A DNA stretch of 64,000 bases from positions 34,100,001 to 34,164,000 of the forward strand of contig NC_045704.1 of the NCBI RefSeq assembly GCF_009834535.1, written 5' to 3'. Made by a program: the position numbers and the translations under genes. This DNA is from Camelus ferus. Lineage: Eukaryota. The notes under the pieces are model-generated. The model was given only the letters and a program-made list of their open reading frames with translations. It was not told the DNA's origin and made no database searches. Of this stretch, positions 48,096 to 59,988 are shown in pieces (position 1 is the first letter of the stretch; every line of letters begins with the position of its first letter).

Positions 48096-48374
48096 GGGAG
48101 AAATTTGGTAAGGCCATGCCCTGCCCTCCCCCTTCTCTTCTAGAATCAAGGTAGAGAAAAGAGGGGAAAGGTGAACGGGGCTTTGCTGAGACACACACTT
48201 CAGCTTTGCAGATGATGGAGATGATAATTCCAAAGAGCTCTGTGCATTAGCTTTATTCTTTATGATTAGAAAATGGCAGCTGTCCCTTGATGGGTGATGG
48301 ACACCTGGTGGGCTCTTGTGGTGGTGGCGATTTTTGTCAGTACAGTGCCTGACACCAGTTGGAAGCCAACACAT

Positions 48375-48475
48375 ACTCTCTCTCTCTTCCTTTCTCTCTC
48401 TTCTTCCCCCTCCCCCTTCTCTCTCTCTCTCTCTCTCTCTCTCTGTCCTTCCATTTTTCTCTCTCATCCTCTATT
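48375..48475. repeat. (CT)n-rich polypyrimidine tract
   Basis: ctctctctctcttcctttctctctc...ctctctctctctctctctctctctg. Confidence 0.9.
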
Positions 48476-48479
48476 CCTT

Positions 48480-48590
48480 TTTGAGCACCTAATACAAGCC
48501 TGGTGCTGGGCTAAACATTTTCTCATTTCCTCCTCACAATCCTAGGAGGCAGCACCATTATTATACCATTTTACAGATGGTGCCATCAAG
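48480..48590 (-). mobile_element. MIR fragment
   Basis: ttgagcacctaatacaagcctggtgctggg...cctcacaatcctaggaggcagcaccattattataccattttacagatg. Confidence 0.75.
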
Positions 48591-48916
48591 ATGTGACCTT
48601 GTGCAGGACATCATGTCATGAGATGGAGAGCACGTGGGTCCCGTGTCACAGATGAAACTTCTCCCTCTTTAGAACTTCAGCTGCCAGGCTGAGACCAACA
48701 CCTTAAGGCAGTGATGTCTGGAACTCTGTTCCTGAGATCCTCTAAAGGAAGACGTTTTGTTCTGGAACACGTTAACCAGTGAAACTGAAGGGGAGAGGAG
48801 GGAGTCGGGTGTGAGGGCAGAGGCTGGTGTTCTGGGGACCGGAGGGAATTGGAGAGTCAGACTTTTTTTTTCAGTGAGTGGGCTCTGAGTAGATGGGGGG
48901 TGGGGTGTGAGGCAGA

Positions 48917-49181
48917 GAGAGCTTCTCAGTCTTGGCACTGTTGACGTTGTGGCTCGATGATTCTGCCGTGTGGGTGGGTGGGTGGTGGTGGGGAGGCTGT
49001 CCTGTACACTCTGGGATGTTCAGCATCTTCCCTGGCCTCTACACCATAGATGTCAACAGCCCCTTGCCCCGCACCCCCATTGTCACGGCCCTGAAAGTCC
49101 CCTGACATTGCCAAATGTCCCCTGCAGTGGTTGGCGGGAGGAGGGGGCAGGGGGTAAAATCGCCCCGATGGAGAATCCCTG
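48917..49181 (+). mobile_element. MER20 hAT-Charlie element with G-rich expansions
   Basis: ttctcagtcttggcactgttgac...ggctgtcctgtacac...ccctggcctctac...gacattgccaaatgtcccctg...aaaatcgccccgatggagaatccctg. Confidence 0.88.
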
Positions 49182-49494
49182 GTGTAGACTTGGAGCCTTC
49201 AGAGCCCAGATCCCTCCTTATCCTTAGAAGGCAGGTTGCATGTAGGTCCCATCCCCACCTCTCCGTTTTCCTTTGTCTCAGAAGACCCCACTTTCACACG
49301 CCCTCCTAAGCAGCTAAGCAGCCTTCCTTGGAAACAGGTGGATCAGGGGAGCTTTGCCACTGAAACCTGACTTCTAATTATAGTCATCGCTCCCCCTTGT
49401 CTACTCCATCAGGGCCCCGCCGGGCTTCTCCTCACCGCCTTGATCTATACAATTCCAATTCGGCCTCAATGAATGACTTTTGTGACTGCCTCTG

Positions 49495-49496
<2 letters not shown>

Positions 49497-49542
<46 letters not shown>
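49497..49542. repeat. (GT)23 microsatellite
   Basis: Perfect dinucleotide run. Confidence 0.97.
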
Positions 49543-49543
<1 letters not shown>

Positions 49544-49779
49544 GGGGATAGCACAATGGCCAGGCTGGGGCTTGGGACGAATTAATCCTTCCAAGTCCTT
49601 GTCCCTGGGCTGCCTGGCAGACCAGGATGGCCCCACTGCAGCAATCCGTTTCCCACTTACTGAGCTCAGAGCTGACCTCCCTTCCCCTCCGCTCGGGGCC
49701 TCCTCACCCCCTTCCATCCTCAGCCTGGGCCACCTTTTCTGACCCCGCCACTCGGTATTTCCTAACCAAGGCCGCTAAT

Positions 49780-50960
49780 AGTCACTGATCACCGAAGGGC
49801 AGTTTAAATTCTATTTAGACTTGGGAAAAAAAAAAAAAAAAAAAAAGAAAGAGAGAAAAGCAGAACTTCAAAAGCTGTTTCTTGCCAGCCAGGCGGAAGT
49901 CAGGTCCAGCCATTATCAGCAGAAGCCGGATCGATATTTCAGCCCCGTCCCCTGGCTGGGTTTTCGAGGAACTTTTATTATGATTGCGGTTAAGCTGTTC
50001 TAAAGTGGAGCATCATTTATAAAACAAACGGATCCCTTTCCAAATAGGTTATTTTCCTGGTTAATGACCGATCGTCTGCCCTGGGGTCTGTCTGTGTTGC
50101 GATTCCAGATGGGAACAGGCATGACCAGCCCAATTATCTTTATTAAGTGTTTTTTCCTCCCCCTTTTCTGAAAAATGAAATGGCAACCAGCTCAAATATC
50201 TCCTCCTTCTCCTTGCTCTCACCCCTGTGCCATTTCCTGCGTTTGCCTCATTATGGACAAGTATGTCCTTTAAGACACGGAGACTAATGAGGCGGTTTTA
50301 TGAGACTAATACATTTTAAATTTGAACACTGGCGCTCGCATCTTTAATCGTACACTTATACATTCATTTAGTACCCGCTCTCCCTCGCTTTCTCTTTTTT
50401 TTGCTCTCAAAGATAACAAACCACAGGTGACTAAAAGTGTGTGAAAAGGCAGAATTTATGTCATCCTTCAGGGCCCTAAATCAGGCGAGACTAGGATTTG
50501 TTTTTCTCCTGACAGATTTCTTCAGCAAAATTATTTGGCGACTGTTTCAGAGAAAAGGGTGTAAATGTTTTTTTGTTTGTTTGGAGTAGGGGAATACAGG
50601 AGCGGGGTTAAATTGTACCTCACGGCAAACTTCTATCTTCCCATCGTCCATTTTTATGTAGAGGATCTTGAGTTAGATGTTCTGTGGTCCAGGGGCTGTG
50701 GCTGGTGAGAAAGAGAGGGAGAGGAAACCCCATGGATCCTGTCTTTAACAAAAGCCCCCTATATTCCCTACCTGACAGGACTTTATCGGCTAGTAATAAA
50801 TAAGGCTGAATTATTGATGATGAGAACTGCTAATATTATTATGACCTCAATTAAGTGCTTTTTTCAGACACATTAGTAACAAAGGGTCTTCCCTCTCTCC
50901 GTTGCTGTTTTTCTCCCCCAGGCCCCACTTTACATTAAAATCTAATTGATCAAACCTATT
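49780..50960. promoter_or_regulatory. Repeat-free candidate conserved non-coding (enhancer) island
   Basis: About 1.2 kb with no recognisable TE, many TAAT/ATTA cores, catttataaaacaaac (CDX/HOX plus FOX-like), retained CpGs. Confidence 0.45.
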
Positions 50961-51489
50961 TGCCATTCGCACAAGAGCGATCACCATAATGGGCCATCTA
51001 TCAGCACGAGCTCCTCATCAGGCTATTAACACCTTTTGTTGCTGGCCCCAGAAAGGCAGGGCCTGCAATCTGGAAGGATCGTGCGTGAGGTCTGACTTGT
51101 GGGACCCTTTAATTGCCCTCTTTAACACCCTTGCAAAACACATAAGATGCTCTTGCTTGTGAGGGAGTCCCTCCAGGCAGCTGTGGAGTGATGAGATGGC
51201 ACCCTCCGTGTCAGAGCAGAAGGTGTTGGGCTGGGGGAGTGGGGGAGTGGGGGTGGGCTCAGCCACCTCCACTCCTCTGCTCCCGGCCTCCCCGTCATCT
51301 CCCCCTCCCCCTCTTGGCCTTCATCTGGCCTGCTCCAGGGAGTCCCCATGCCCTGCCTTTAAGGAGGCTGGAACTTGGTGGTGGATGCGAAGCATGTGGG
51401 TGAGCATTTAGCAAAACGGGAGATTGGTGCTGAGTGAAAAATAACACAGGTCCCCATGGATTAGAGCCTTCTCATGACTTCCTGACCCA

Positions 51490-51640
51490 TGGTCACCCAC
51501 AGAAGGCCCATGGATGGCCCCAAAGCCCCTGAACTGTGTGCAAAATTCAATTCACTCGTCTTTCTCTGGGAGAGGATTATAGTTTCCATCAGAGTCCCAA
51601 ATTCGTCCATGACCCCAAAGCGAGTCAGAAATATCTTCTT
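51490..51640. mobile_element. hAT-Charlie-type MITE fragment
   Basis: cccctgaactgtgtgcaaaatt...tctctgggagagg...tttccatcagagtcccaaa...tgaccccaaa. Confidence 0.45.
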
Positions 51641-52289
51641 GGGAGCTTTTTTGATGGGAGAGGTCTTCTATCAGTCTGATCCTCACTCAGGAGCCTGGAT
51701 CTCTGGCTTTGGGGATACAGTGAAGCCACTGAGATGAGCTTTGCTCCTGGTCCTGATGTTGAGTTAGACTCAGTCAGCCTCTCGGCCTCCCCTCTCTCTC
51801 TCAGCCTCTGTCTTCTCTGCCGATTTGGTCAAGAGAAAAGATTCCAACTTCCTGCGTTCCGAAATGACTGTGAGAAGGGGCTTTCCTAACTCTAACCCAT
51901 GCAGTGCCTCCTGCTGGCTGTGGGAAGATACGAGAAAATGCGAAGTGGCCTGTGTTTGTTGTGCTGGTGTTGTTTGAGCTCCATATATGACATGGCAGGA
52001 GCTCTCTTCGGGGGACGTCAGAAAGCTGGGAGCACGATTTGAGGCCATCCTTCGGCCCGTGCAAGTCTGCTGCCCACAGGAACCTTGCTTCATCGCCCCC
52101 CCCCCCCGATTATGAATGAATACATTCAGAAATCAGGAGGGAATTAAAACCTCCTCAAAGCTTAATGTTTTGGCTTACCTCAATTTTCTTTCTTTCTTTC
52201 TTTTTTTCTATGCAAATAACAGTAAGAAGAGTTCCATGAAGATTTTGTTTTGTTTTGCTTTTCAAGAACTGGGCTATACATGTGGCTTC

Positions 52290-52560
52290 TTAACTTTCTT
52301 ACCTGCTTAGCAATATGTATTGACAACATCTCTGTGGGTAAATAAATATTGTTCAGCATCCTCATTTTAAATGACTGCAGAGTATTTAGTTGAACAGATT
52401 TACCAAAAGCTATTTACCAATTCCCTCTTGCCACATCTTTAGATTTTGTCCACTTCTATTACAACCAGCACTGCGATTCATGTCCTTCTGTGAACGTTAT
52501 TCACTGACCCGATTATGTTCTTAAGATGCACTTACAAAAATACAGTTTCTGAATCAAAGG
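52290..52560 (-). mobile_element. L1ME-like fragment
   Basis: cattttaaatgactgcagagtatttagttg...tttattcact-like...aatacagtttctgaatcaaagggtgtgtg. Confidence 0.55.
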
Positions 52561-52641
52561 GTGTGTGTTAAATTTTTTTAAAAATTTTACGTACAGATTG
52601 AGATTTAGGATATATCCTAAGTGCAACTTCTGAAAAATGTC

Positions 52642-52777
52642 TTATTTATTTTAAAAAAATTTAGGGGGTAATTAGGTTTACTTATTTATTTAATTTTTAG
52701 AGGAGGTACTGGGAATTGAACCCAGGACCTTGTGTATGCTAAGCATGCACCCTACCACTTGAGCTATACTCTCCCCC
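52642..52777 (-). mobile_element. tRNA-derived SINE (camelid vic-1-like)
   Basis: ggaggtactgggaattgaacccaggaccttgtgtatgctaagcatgcaccctaccacttgagctatactctccccc is the reverse complement of the 24274 element. Confidence 0.9.
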
Positions 52778-55039
52778 ACATCAATGTAACTTTTAAGGTG
52801 TCATAAAAGGGCATTTCTGTCTGAAGGTTGTCCGAGGTGAAGAGTTTTGGAAGACGGGGGAGTTGAGTTACTTAAGGCTGATTTGGTGAGTTTTCTTTCT
52901 GCAAGTGTGAGTCCAGAGCAACTAGAATACTTAGGTTTATTCTTCTGCTGGGTGGAGGCGGTGGCAGGGTTGAATCTTTTGGAGCTGCTGTTTATTAAAT
53001 ACACAGCCCCGGCCCTTAAGAAGCCACTTCTCTGTTGGTAAAGAGACTGTGCGGCTGGCGGCTGGGAGGTGCCATTCCGGCTCTCCCTTCATCCTGACTG
53101 CCCTGGACCCCGCGCCCGCTCCTGGGGAGACTGGGGGTGGGCAGGAGACTGCACGGTCATGAGGCGTCTCACCATGAAGCAGAGGACATCATTTAGCACT
53201 GCCTCGTGGCTTCTCAGCCCGTGTTGTCTTAATTCAAGTTGTCATTCATAGACCAGGAGAAAACTAAAATCAATAAGTGGTGAAAATGGGCTTGAAAGGC
53301 AAACTAAACTCGAGTCACAGAGGAGGGAGGAAAGCCGCATCTGTTGCCTCAGTGGGTTATTTTTTTTCCTTTCCTACTTAGAATGGCTGAATCTGGGGCC
53401 AGTGTTTAAAAACAAAAAAGGGAGGGGCAGAAAATGAGTGAATTTCCCTTTTAGAGATACACAGGGTGTCCCTTGGACAATACGTCTGGGTGGGGGAGAG
53501 GGACAACCAACACTGGGTTGGGCCGCAGAGAACAATGAAGACGACGGTGTTTGGGGTGGGTGTGTATTTTACCTCCGGGCCACTGCAGGTGGGTTTGAGA
53601 TGTCTGTCCGCTGATTGCTGTTTCATTTCCCGCCAGTCTATGCACCTCTCTGGGCCACAGTCTTCTCAACCAGAAAATGGAGTCAGACAAGATGTGGTGA
53701 TTCTCAGCCCTCTTCGGTGGTGAAAACCACAGCAGACGTGCTGCAAGGTGCCTCACGGTGGGAACTGAGGTCTGGGGGTTAGGGCTCTGGTCCTAATCTC
53801 TGCAGAAGATTTCATCTGAAGTTAGAATTTCACAGCAGAGAAAAGTTTTGGGGGATAAATCATTGAAGGAGAGGGTTTCCAAATTTCCTCCCATTTCTCA
53901 GGGGCTACAAACATCTTTTGCATGCCTACAAGCTATTGCTGAAACCCCAGGTTGCACTAATTCTACCTTCTCTGGGTGACTAGGATGGAACTGGCAGGAG
54001 CAGACAGAGTGCCAGGTTGCAGGTGGGTGATGCGCTCTGGTTCTGGCTACTTGGAAACACCGAAGGCCTCCTCTGTCACACATGGGGCATCTCAACCTGG
54101 TTAATCTCCATCCCTCATGCCAGGGGCTTGGTTGTCAGAGATGGGACAAGAGGGAGCACCTGTTGAACTAGGAATAATTTCAAACCGAGAGACAATAGCA
54201 AAAACTTGGCAACATTGTTTCAGTGGCAACAAAAATCCATTGTTTCTACAGCAAAGCAAGGCAATAATTTCTTGGACCTCTTTTGAAGACACCAGCGCTT
54301 CTGTAGATTGGCACCAAAAGGGTGGCCTGGAGCCAGAGTGGAGGATGGGGGAAGAGGGTTTCAGCAGAAATCTTCCACCCTACCCCCCACCCCCCTCCCT
54401 CTGCCCTTCCCTCCTCCCCCACCATCTGTTGCTCTCAAAGCCACTGCAGGCTGGTCCCCTAGCGCCCCCTTTCAGTGAACTCTCAACCCTCATATTTAGA
54501 ATTTCTGGGGTCTCCAGGAGGTACACAGATCTGCCCAGCCCAAATATAGAAAACCAGTGAGGGTTAAAAAAGGACAAAAAAGTCCTTAGCAAGAGGGGCA
54601 TCAGAAATAGAAATGTGAGGTTACCTGTATTCAGAACATAGAAAAGAAGTCAACATGTTGGAAAGCTTTCTAAGAAATTTGGACACTTGACTTGGAGCTA
54701 GGGGGCTGGTAGGACTCGGAGCTAGTTTTAGGAGGTGAGATGTTACTTATCAGTTCGTGGGACCTGAGCGCTGGAGATCTGACCAGTGTGGACTGTTAGG
54801 CAGGGATGGTGCCCTCACATCCACAGCTGGTGGCCAGAGGGTCAGGGCTGCTGTGGGTCCTCGGTGCCAAGAAGGGTGGACCAGGCAGTGCAGAGAAGCA
54901 GGCTTAGTGCACCTACACCCTGGCCGACTAGGAGCCTAGTAGCTCAGGGTGACCCAGACATGACGGTGGGCCTGCTTTCCTCGAGCTCTTCTTGCCTGTC
55001 AGCTAGATTAAGTCTCATTAAAAGGGGTACCCGTCACAC

Positions 55040-55215
55040 ACCCATCACAATAGCGTCTAACATTTACTGAGCACTTACTCTGTGCCACAGACTGTTGGAA
55101 GCCCTCTATGTGTACAAATGGATTCAATCCCCTCAACAGCCCATTTCACAGATGAAGACATTGAGGCTCACAAAGAGGTGAAAGCAGCAGAGCCAGGATT
55201 TGACTGGCCCTGGAG
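55040..55215 (-). mobile_element. MIR
   Basis: aacatttactgagcacttactctgtgcc...cccatttcacagatgaagacattgaggctca. Confidence 0.85.
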
Positions 55216-56732
55216 TCTGGGTGTGCAACCACAGCACTGTTTTGTCTTTGAAACCACACACCTCTACATTTAAAGGAAGAGAGAGAGAAGCCTAGTGCCT
55301 TTGACACTGGATCTTGGCCATTATCAGCCCCCTTCCTGGGAGGTCCTGGAGAGACACACAGGAGAGGAAGCCAAGGGCCCCTCTTCACAGCTGAGGCGTC
55401 AGGCCTGCAGATCCCCAGTGGGGTGTCTTTCCAAGGAGGGCCGGGCTGCCCGGCACACTCCTTCGTTCAAGTTGCAGGGAGGGAAAAAGAAAGGGAAGTT
55501 CTCATTGGCTGAGTTACTGGCTGCAGGCCTTCCCAGGTGTGGACAGTTAAAGGTGCAGAGAGACGCCATGCCCCTCAGGAGAGCATCATCCTGAGCCCTT
55601 GGCATCCTCAGAATCATCCCTTCCCAGGGCCTGGTCCCCTGAGACGTCTCCCACCTGACCGGGTTGCAGGTGATAGAGAGAAAGACGAATAGGACCAAAC
55701 CAGCGTCCATCTCCTTCCTGAAGCCAAGCCTTCACTCTCAGTATGCTCCGATGGGGTGAGCCCGTCCGCGCTGCCGCACCCACGGATGGCCAGACCCAGT
55801 TACCAAGGTGGCGGCGATGCCAGCTGTCACTGCACGGGAAAGGCACAGAGCCCTCGCTGTGTAATGCTCAGTTTTTTTGAGTCATGGAGCCCTTTTATTT
55901 TATGCGACAGCCTCTTCCTTGCCCCTACCGTGACGGAATGTTCTGTGGCGTACGTTATGATCTTTAATTAAAGGGAACTTAATTTGCTTTCGAGGCATCC
56001 TTTGTTCACTGGAGACACCCTAGGGTGTTTTAAAACCAGGTTTGGAATCATTGCCATTGAAGCCTGGAGTCTAAGGCAGCCTCACCGCTACGGACGGACG
56101 CTGATTGCCTGGAAATAAGGGGGGTCTCTGTCCCCCTCCCGTCCCACCCTACACCTCATCGTAGAAGCTGGATCTTCTCCAGACCCTCCCCACTTGCCTC
56201 GGGATTTTTTCGCCCACCTTCCAAAGAACACAGACCCCGCAGGCCCCGTGAACGGACCATGGGCCAAAATTATGTTTGAGAAGGGGATGGACCATTTAGA
56301 TGACAAATGGGCTTTGAGACACTGTCAGAAAGTCCGGGCGGGGGGAGACTGTTAACGGTCACACGGAGGCGGCCACATCTGTGATGCCAGAGCTGGTCGC
56401 TGGGTCCCCACTGCTGTGTTTACTGCTCCTTAATGCGGTATTGTTTACTCACAATTAAACCCTTTACCATTAATTTAACTTTCAGATGCTAAAATTGGTC
56501 ACACAGCCTCGAGTCTCAAGGCCCGGACAGATGTGTTCTATACACTTGTTTAAACACGGCGCTCATTAGGAGGTAATGCATGTATAGCAAGTTGATTACA
56601 CCACAAAGCAGGACGCTTTATCATGGAGGCCTCTCCGGAGGCCGCGGGAGGGGCCGTCAGCTGCCGCTGTCACTCTCCCCCCTCGGATGCTGAGTGACGG
56701 CTCGGCCCGCCGCCTCCACCGCGGGCCTGCTT

Positions 56733-56880
56733 NNNNNNNNNNNNNNNNNNNNNNNNNNNNNNNNNNNNNNNNNNNNNNNNNNNNNNNNNNNNNNNNNNNN
56801 NNNNNNNNNNNNNNNNNNNNNNNNNNNNNNNNNNNNNNNNNNNNNNNNNNNNNNNNNNNNNNNNNNNNNNNNNNNNNNNN
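56733..56880. other. N-block (148 nt)
   Basis: Run of N. Confidence 0.99.
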
Positions 56881-57159
56881 AATTAAACACGCTTGCATAT
56901 TTAACTGAGATGTTTTCTGTAAAGAGAGCAGGGCCACCCTGAGCCGAGGAGCCGTGGGGCACAGAGCGGTCCTTCCATTTTATAACCTGGGTGATGCTCA
57001 CCCCTGAGCCCCTTGCCGTGTCTCTGGGCAAACCGCGTTGCTCCGTCCAGACCATAATGGGCATCTGAGCTGAGTGTGATGGGACGGAAGTAGAATCTCC
57101 TTTATTTCCTCTCTCCCAGGAGAAAGAGAGAAGGGTGCAGTTTTTCAAGGAAAGGATGC

Positions 57160-57355
57160 TGGAGTTGGAGCCAGCCTACCTGGGTGTAAATTCTGGATCC
57201 ACGTTTCTCAGCGGTGTGTGTGCCTTTGCCTAAAGTCGCTTCTTGGGGCTTCAGTTTCCTCATCTATAAAGTGGGTATAATAATCATACGCACTTTCTGT
57301 TTCATGAGGATTAAACGAGGCTGAAGTTTGTGGCACAGTGCCTGACCCATGAAAA
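57160..57355 (+). mobile_element. MIR
   Basis: gctggagttggagccagcctacctgggtgtaaattctgg...tcagtttcctcatctataaagtgggtataataat...catgaggattaaacgagg. Confidence 0.85.
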
Positions 57356-57934
57356 ACGATGAGTTATCAATAGAAGTCAAGTTAGTGGATTTTAATTTTA
57401 TCTTTTAATAAATAAAACTGCTTAGCAGTGGATGGTTAGAAGCAAGAATTTTCGGTTAGCCCTAAACTGGGTAATGTGAGGCATGTTTGTTTGCAGTGCT
57501 CTCCGCGCCTCCCTCCACCATGGGATGAACTCAAACCAGAGACTACTGGTGGGTGTTTTGCCCCAGGGCAGATCTAGCAGGATCAGAAATTGGATAGATC
57601 GCCACCTTCCAGATAGTTCCAGATATTTCTGTTCCAACCTTTGTCAGGATTGACTCTACCAAATAACCCAATTTGCTTTTCTAGTCCTCTTCCTCCTCCC
57701 TCTCCCTCCTGTCCATCGACTTCTTCCCCTCCCTCTCCCCCTTCTTTAACTTGGCTCTGCAGTGAAGTCTTAAATCCACAAGCCCATGGTGGTGTGCCCC
57801 TCCATTCCCTACCCTCAGGTGCCCACCCACTGTTTGGACCCTGATGTTTAAACTTTGAGGAGAAACTGAGGCTGCTGAGACGGAAGTTCTCTGCTACCTT
57901 GTCCCCATCATTTTGTTCTTATTGTGTAAGTCCA

Positions 57935-58270
57935 AGCCACCTGCCCTGTCTTGTTGTGTGACTTTTGCACGTGCTGTTCCCACTGCCTGGACCACCTCCA
58001 CTCACAACAGCACTCCTCCAGCATCCCAACCTGGGGTTACCACTCAGCCTTTTCCAACCCACCAGACTGGAGCAGCTCTCTGTTTTCGTTCCTTAGAAGA
58101 CCCTCTTTTTTTCCCTTATAGTAGCTCTCAGAATATTCATTATTTGAGTCATTATCTGTTGAATTTCCTTCTTCCAATAAAGAAAGGGGCTGTGTCTCTC
58201 GTTATCACATAACCCATAACCCATAACCCCTAGGACACTGCTTGCTGATGCTCAAAAGATGTTTGTTACA
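57935..58270 (+). mobile_element. L2 3' region
   Basis: ttttgcacgtgctgttcccactgcctgga...aagaaaggggctgtgtctc...ctcaaaagatgtttgtt. Confidence 0.7.
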
Positions 58271-59512
58271 CCACAGTAAACTGCTAGGATGAACCAGACC
58301 ATTTTCCTTGGGGATCTGGAGAGAAAGTCCTTATTATTTCTCCTGACTCTAGTCTTTTCTATGACTCAGAGAGGTCAACCTGCTCCTTTGTCTCAGTTTC
58401 ACTGTCAGAGAAGGAGGGATGGAAGGGTTAAAGTGGACTTCCATCAGCGAGGTGCTTCCGGTGCCTCTTCCTGGGGCCGGCGAGTCATCACTTTTTCCTC
58501 CAGCCTTGCTGACACCACCAACTGCTGGAGAACCCGCAATGACTTGTCCTCGGACAATGCAAAGGATGTGGCTCTGCCTTGTGGGTGCCTTTTAGGGAGG
58601 CAGGACCTTCATTTATTTGTCTGCACAGCTGTTTCCTCTGGGCTTTGTGGTTGCCTTCTCATCCGATCGTGTTACCCTTAATAACCATCGCCCTGGCAGG
58701 AGAGGGGTGCCGAATTCGCGTGCATGTGTGTGTAACGTGCCGGGCAAGTGATCCTGATGAGACATTCAGCACACTGCTCCCCCCAGACCCAGCTTCCAGC
58801 TTCTCCACATCCATTCATATTCCCTCTCAGACCTTTGGGATCAACATTTCTGACCCTTTCGCGAAAAGCAAAAACACCTTTTGTAAAAAAAAAAAAAAAA
58901 AAATAGAAGAGGGAGGTGAAATTTCCTGAGCTTTCATTTCCCTTCATGGTTGAACTTCGATGACTCAAGTCATTTGCAGTCAATCTATTTGGCTGACTTG
59001 TCCTGCTGACTGCCAGGAGGTCAACGTTTCTGGGTTTGCCCCTCCAGGGGCAGCATGTGGACCCAGCTGGTTGTGCTGTGGTGGGAATGGGGGTTGGGGG
59101 GGGTGCTGTGTCGCCTGGAAGCTCTGTTGGGGGCTCTTCTGTGTTCTGAGGAGATGATGCTTCTCGGGGAAGGGCTTTTGTTTGCTGTTTGTTTGTGTTG
59201 ATGGGATTAGCTCTGATTACATATTAATAACCTCGAGCACCATCTAGTAATGAGATGTTATCTTCCAGATGTTTAAAAGAAACCTTTAATATTTTAAGCT
59301 GCTTGGAGGTCTCTCGGCACTTTATTAAAATGGATGGAATTTAAAGTGGGAGTTGGTGGTGCAGCTTTCTCTGGATTCTCGCGCTGGTCCAGGGTACCCA
59401 TGAAAGGACCCCGAGCATTTATTGTGGTGGCCCCTGCTTGGGAACAATTGGGGCAGCCACCCATTGAATGGGTGGTGGAGGGAATGTCGGCGCACTTCTG
59501 GCCCCTGTCAAT

Positions 59513-59644
59513 NNNNNNNNNNNNNNNNNNNNNNNNNNNNNNNNNNNNNNNNNNNNNNNNNNNNNNNNNNNNNNNNNNNNNNNNNNNNNNNNNNNNNNNN
59601 NNNNNNNNNNNNNNNNNNNNNNNNNNNNNNNNNNNNNNNNNNNN
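59513..59644. other. N-block (132 nt)
   Basis: Run of N. Confidence 0.99.
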
Positions 59645-59792
59645 CCTTTGAAGGAGCCCCCATCATGGTTTTAATGACCTCCATCCGTCAAAGGAAAAGT
59701 TCAGAGTTCATTCTTTTGTCCAAGTCCCAGCAACTGAGGAGTCGAGGGTGCTGGCTGGTCCGGCCTCCTTAAATCACCCGCCCGAAAACTTT

Positions 59793-59988
59793 NNNNNNNN
59801 NNNNNNNNNNNNNNNNNNNNNNNNNNNNNNNNNNNNNNNNNNNNNNNNNNNNNNNNNNNNNNNNNNNNNNNNNNNNNNNNNNNNNNNNNNNNNNNNNNNN
59901 NNNNNNNNNNNNNNNNNNNNNNNNNNNNNNNNNNNNNNNNNNNNNNNNNNNNNNNNNNNNNNNNNNNNNNNNNNNNNNNNNNNNNNNN
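59793..59988. other. N-block (196 nt)
   Basis: Run of N. Confidence 0.99.

Noticed and set aside
54460-54478. CTCF site (reverse complement TCACTGAAAGGGGGCGCTA)
   Set aside because: The 3' half matches AGGGGGCGCTA, but the CC and (C/G)C positions of the 5' half mismatch; not supportable without a PWM score or ChIP data.
56668-56703. miRNA-like hairpin gctgtcactc...gagtgacggc
   Set aside because: The stem is only about 10 bp with a 16-nt loop, far too short for a pre-miRNA and expected by chance in GC-rich DNA.
58209-58229. Interstitial telomeric repeat, (ATAACCC)3
   Set aside because: Three copies of a 7-mer inside an L2; not TTAGGG/CCCTAA and too short.
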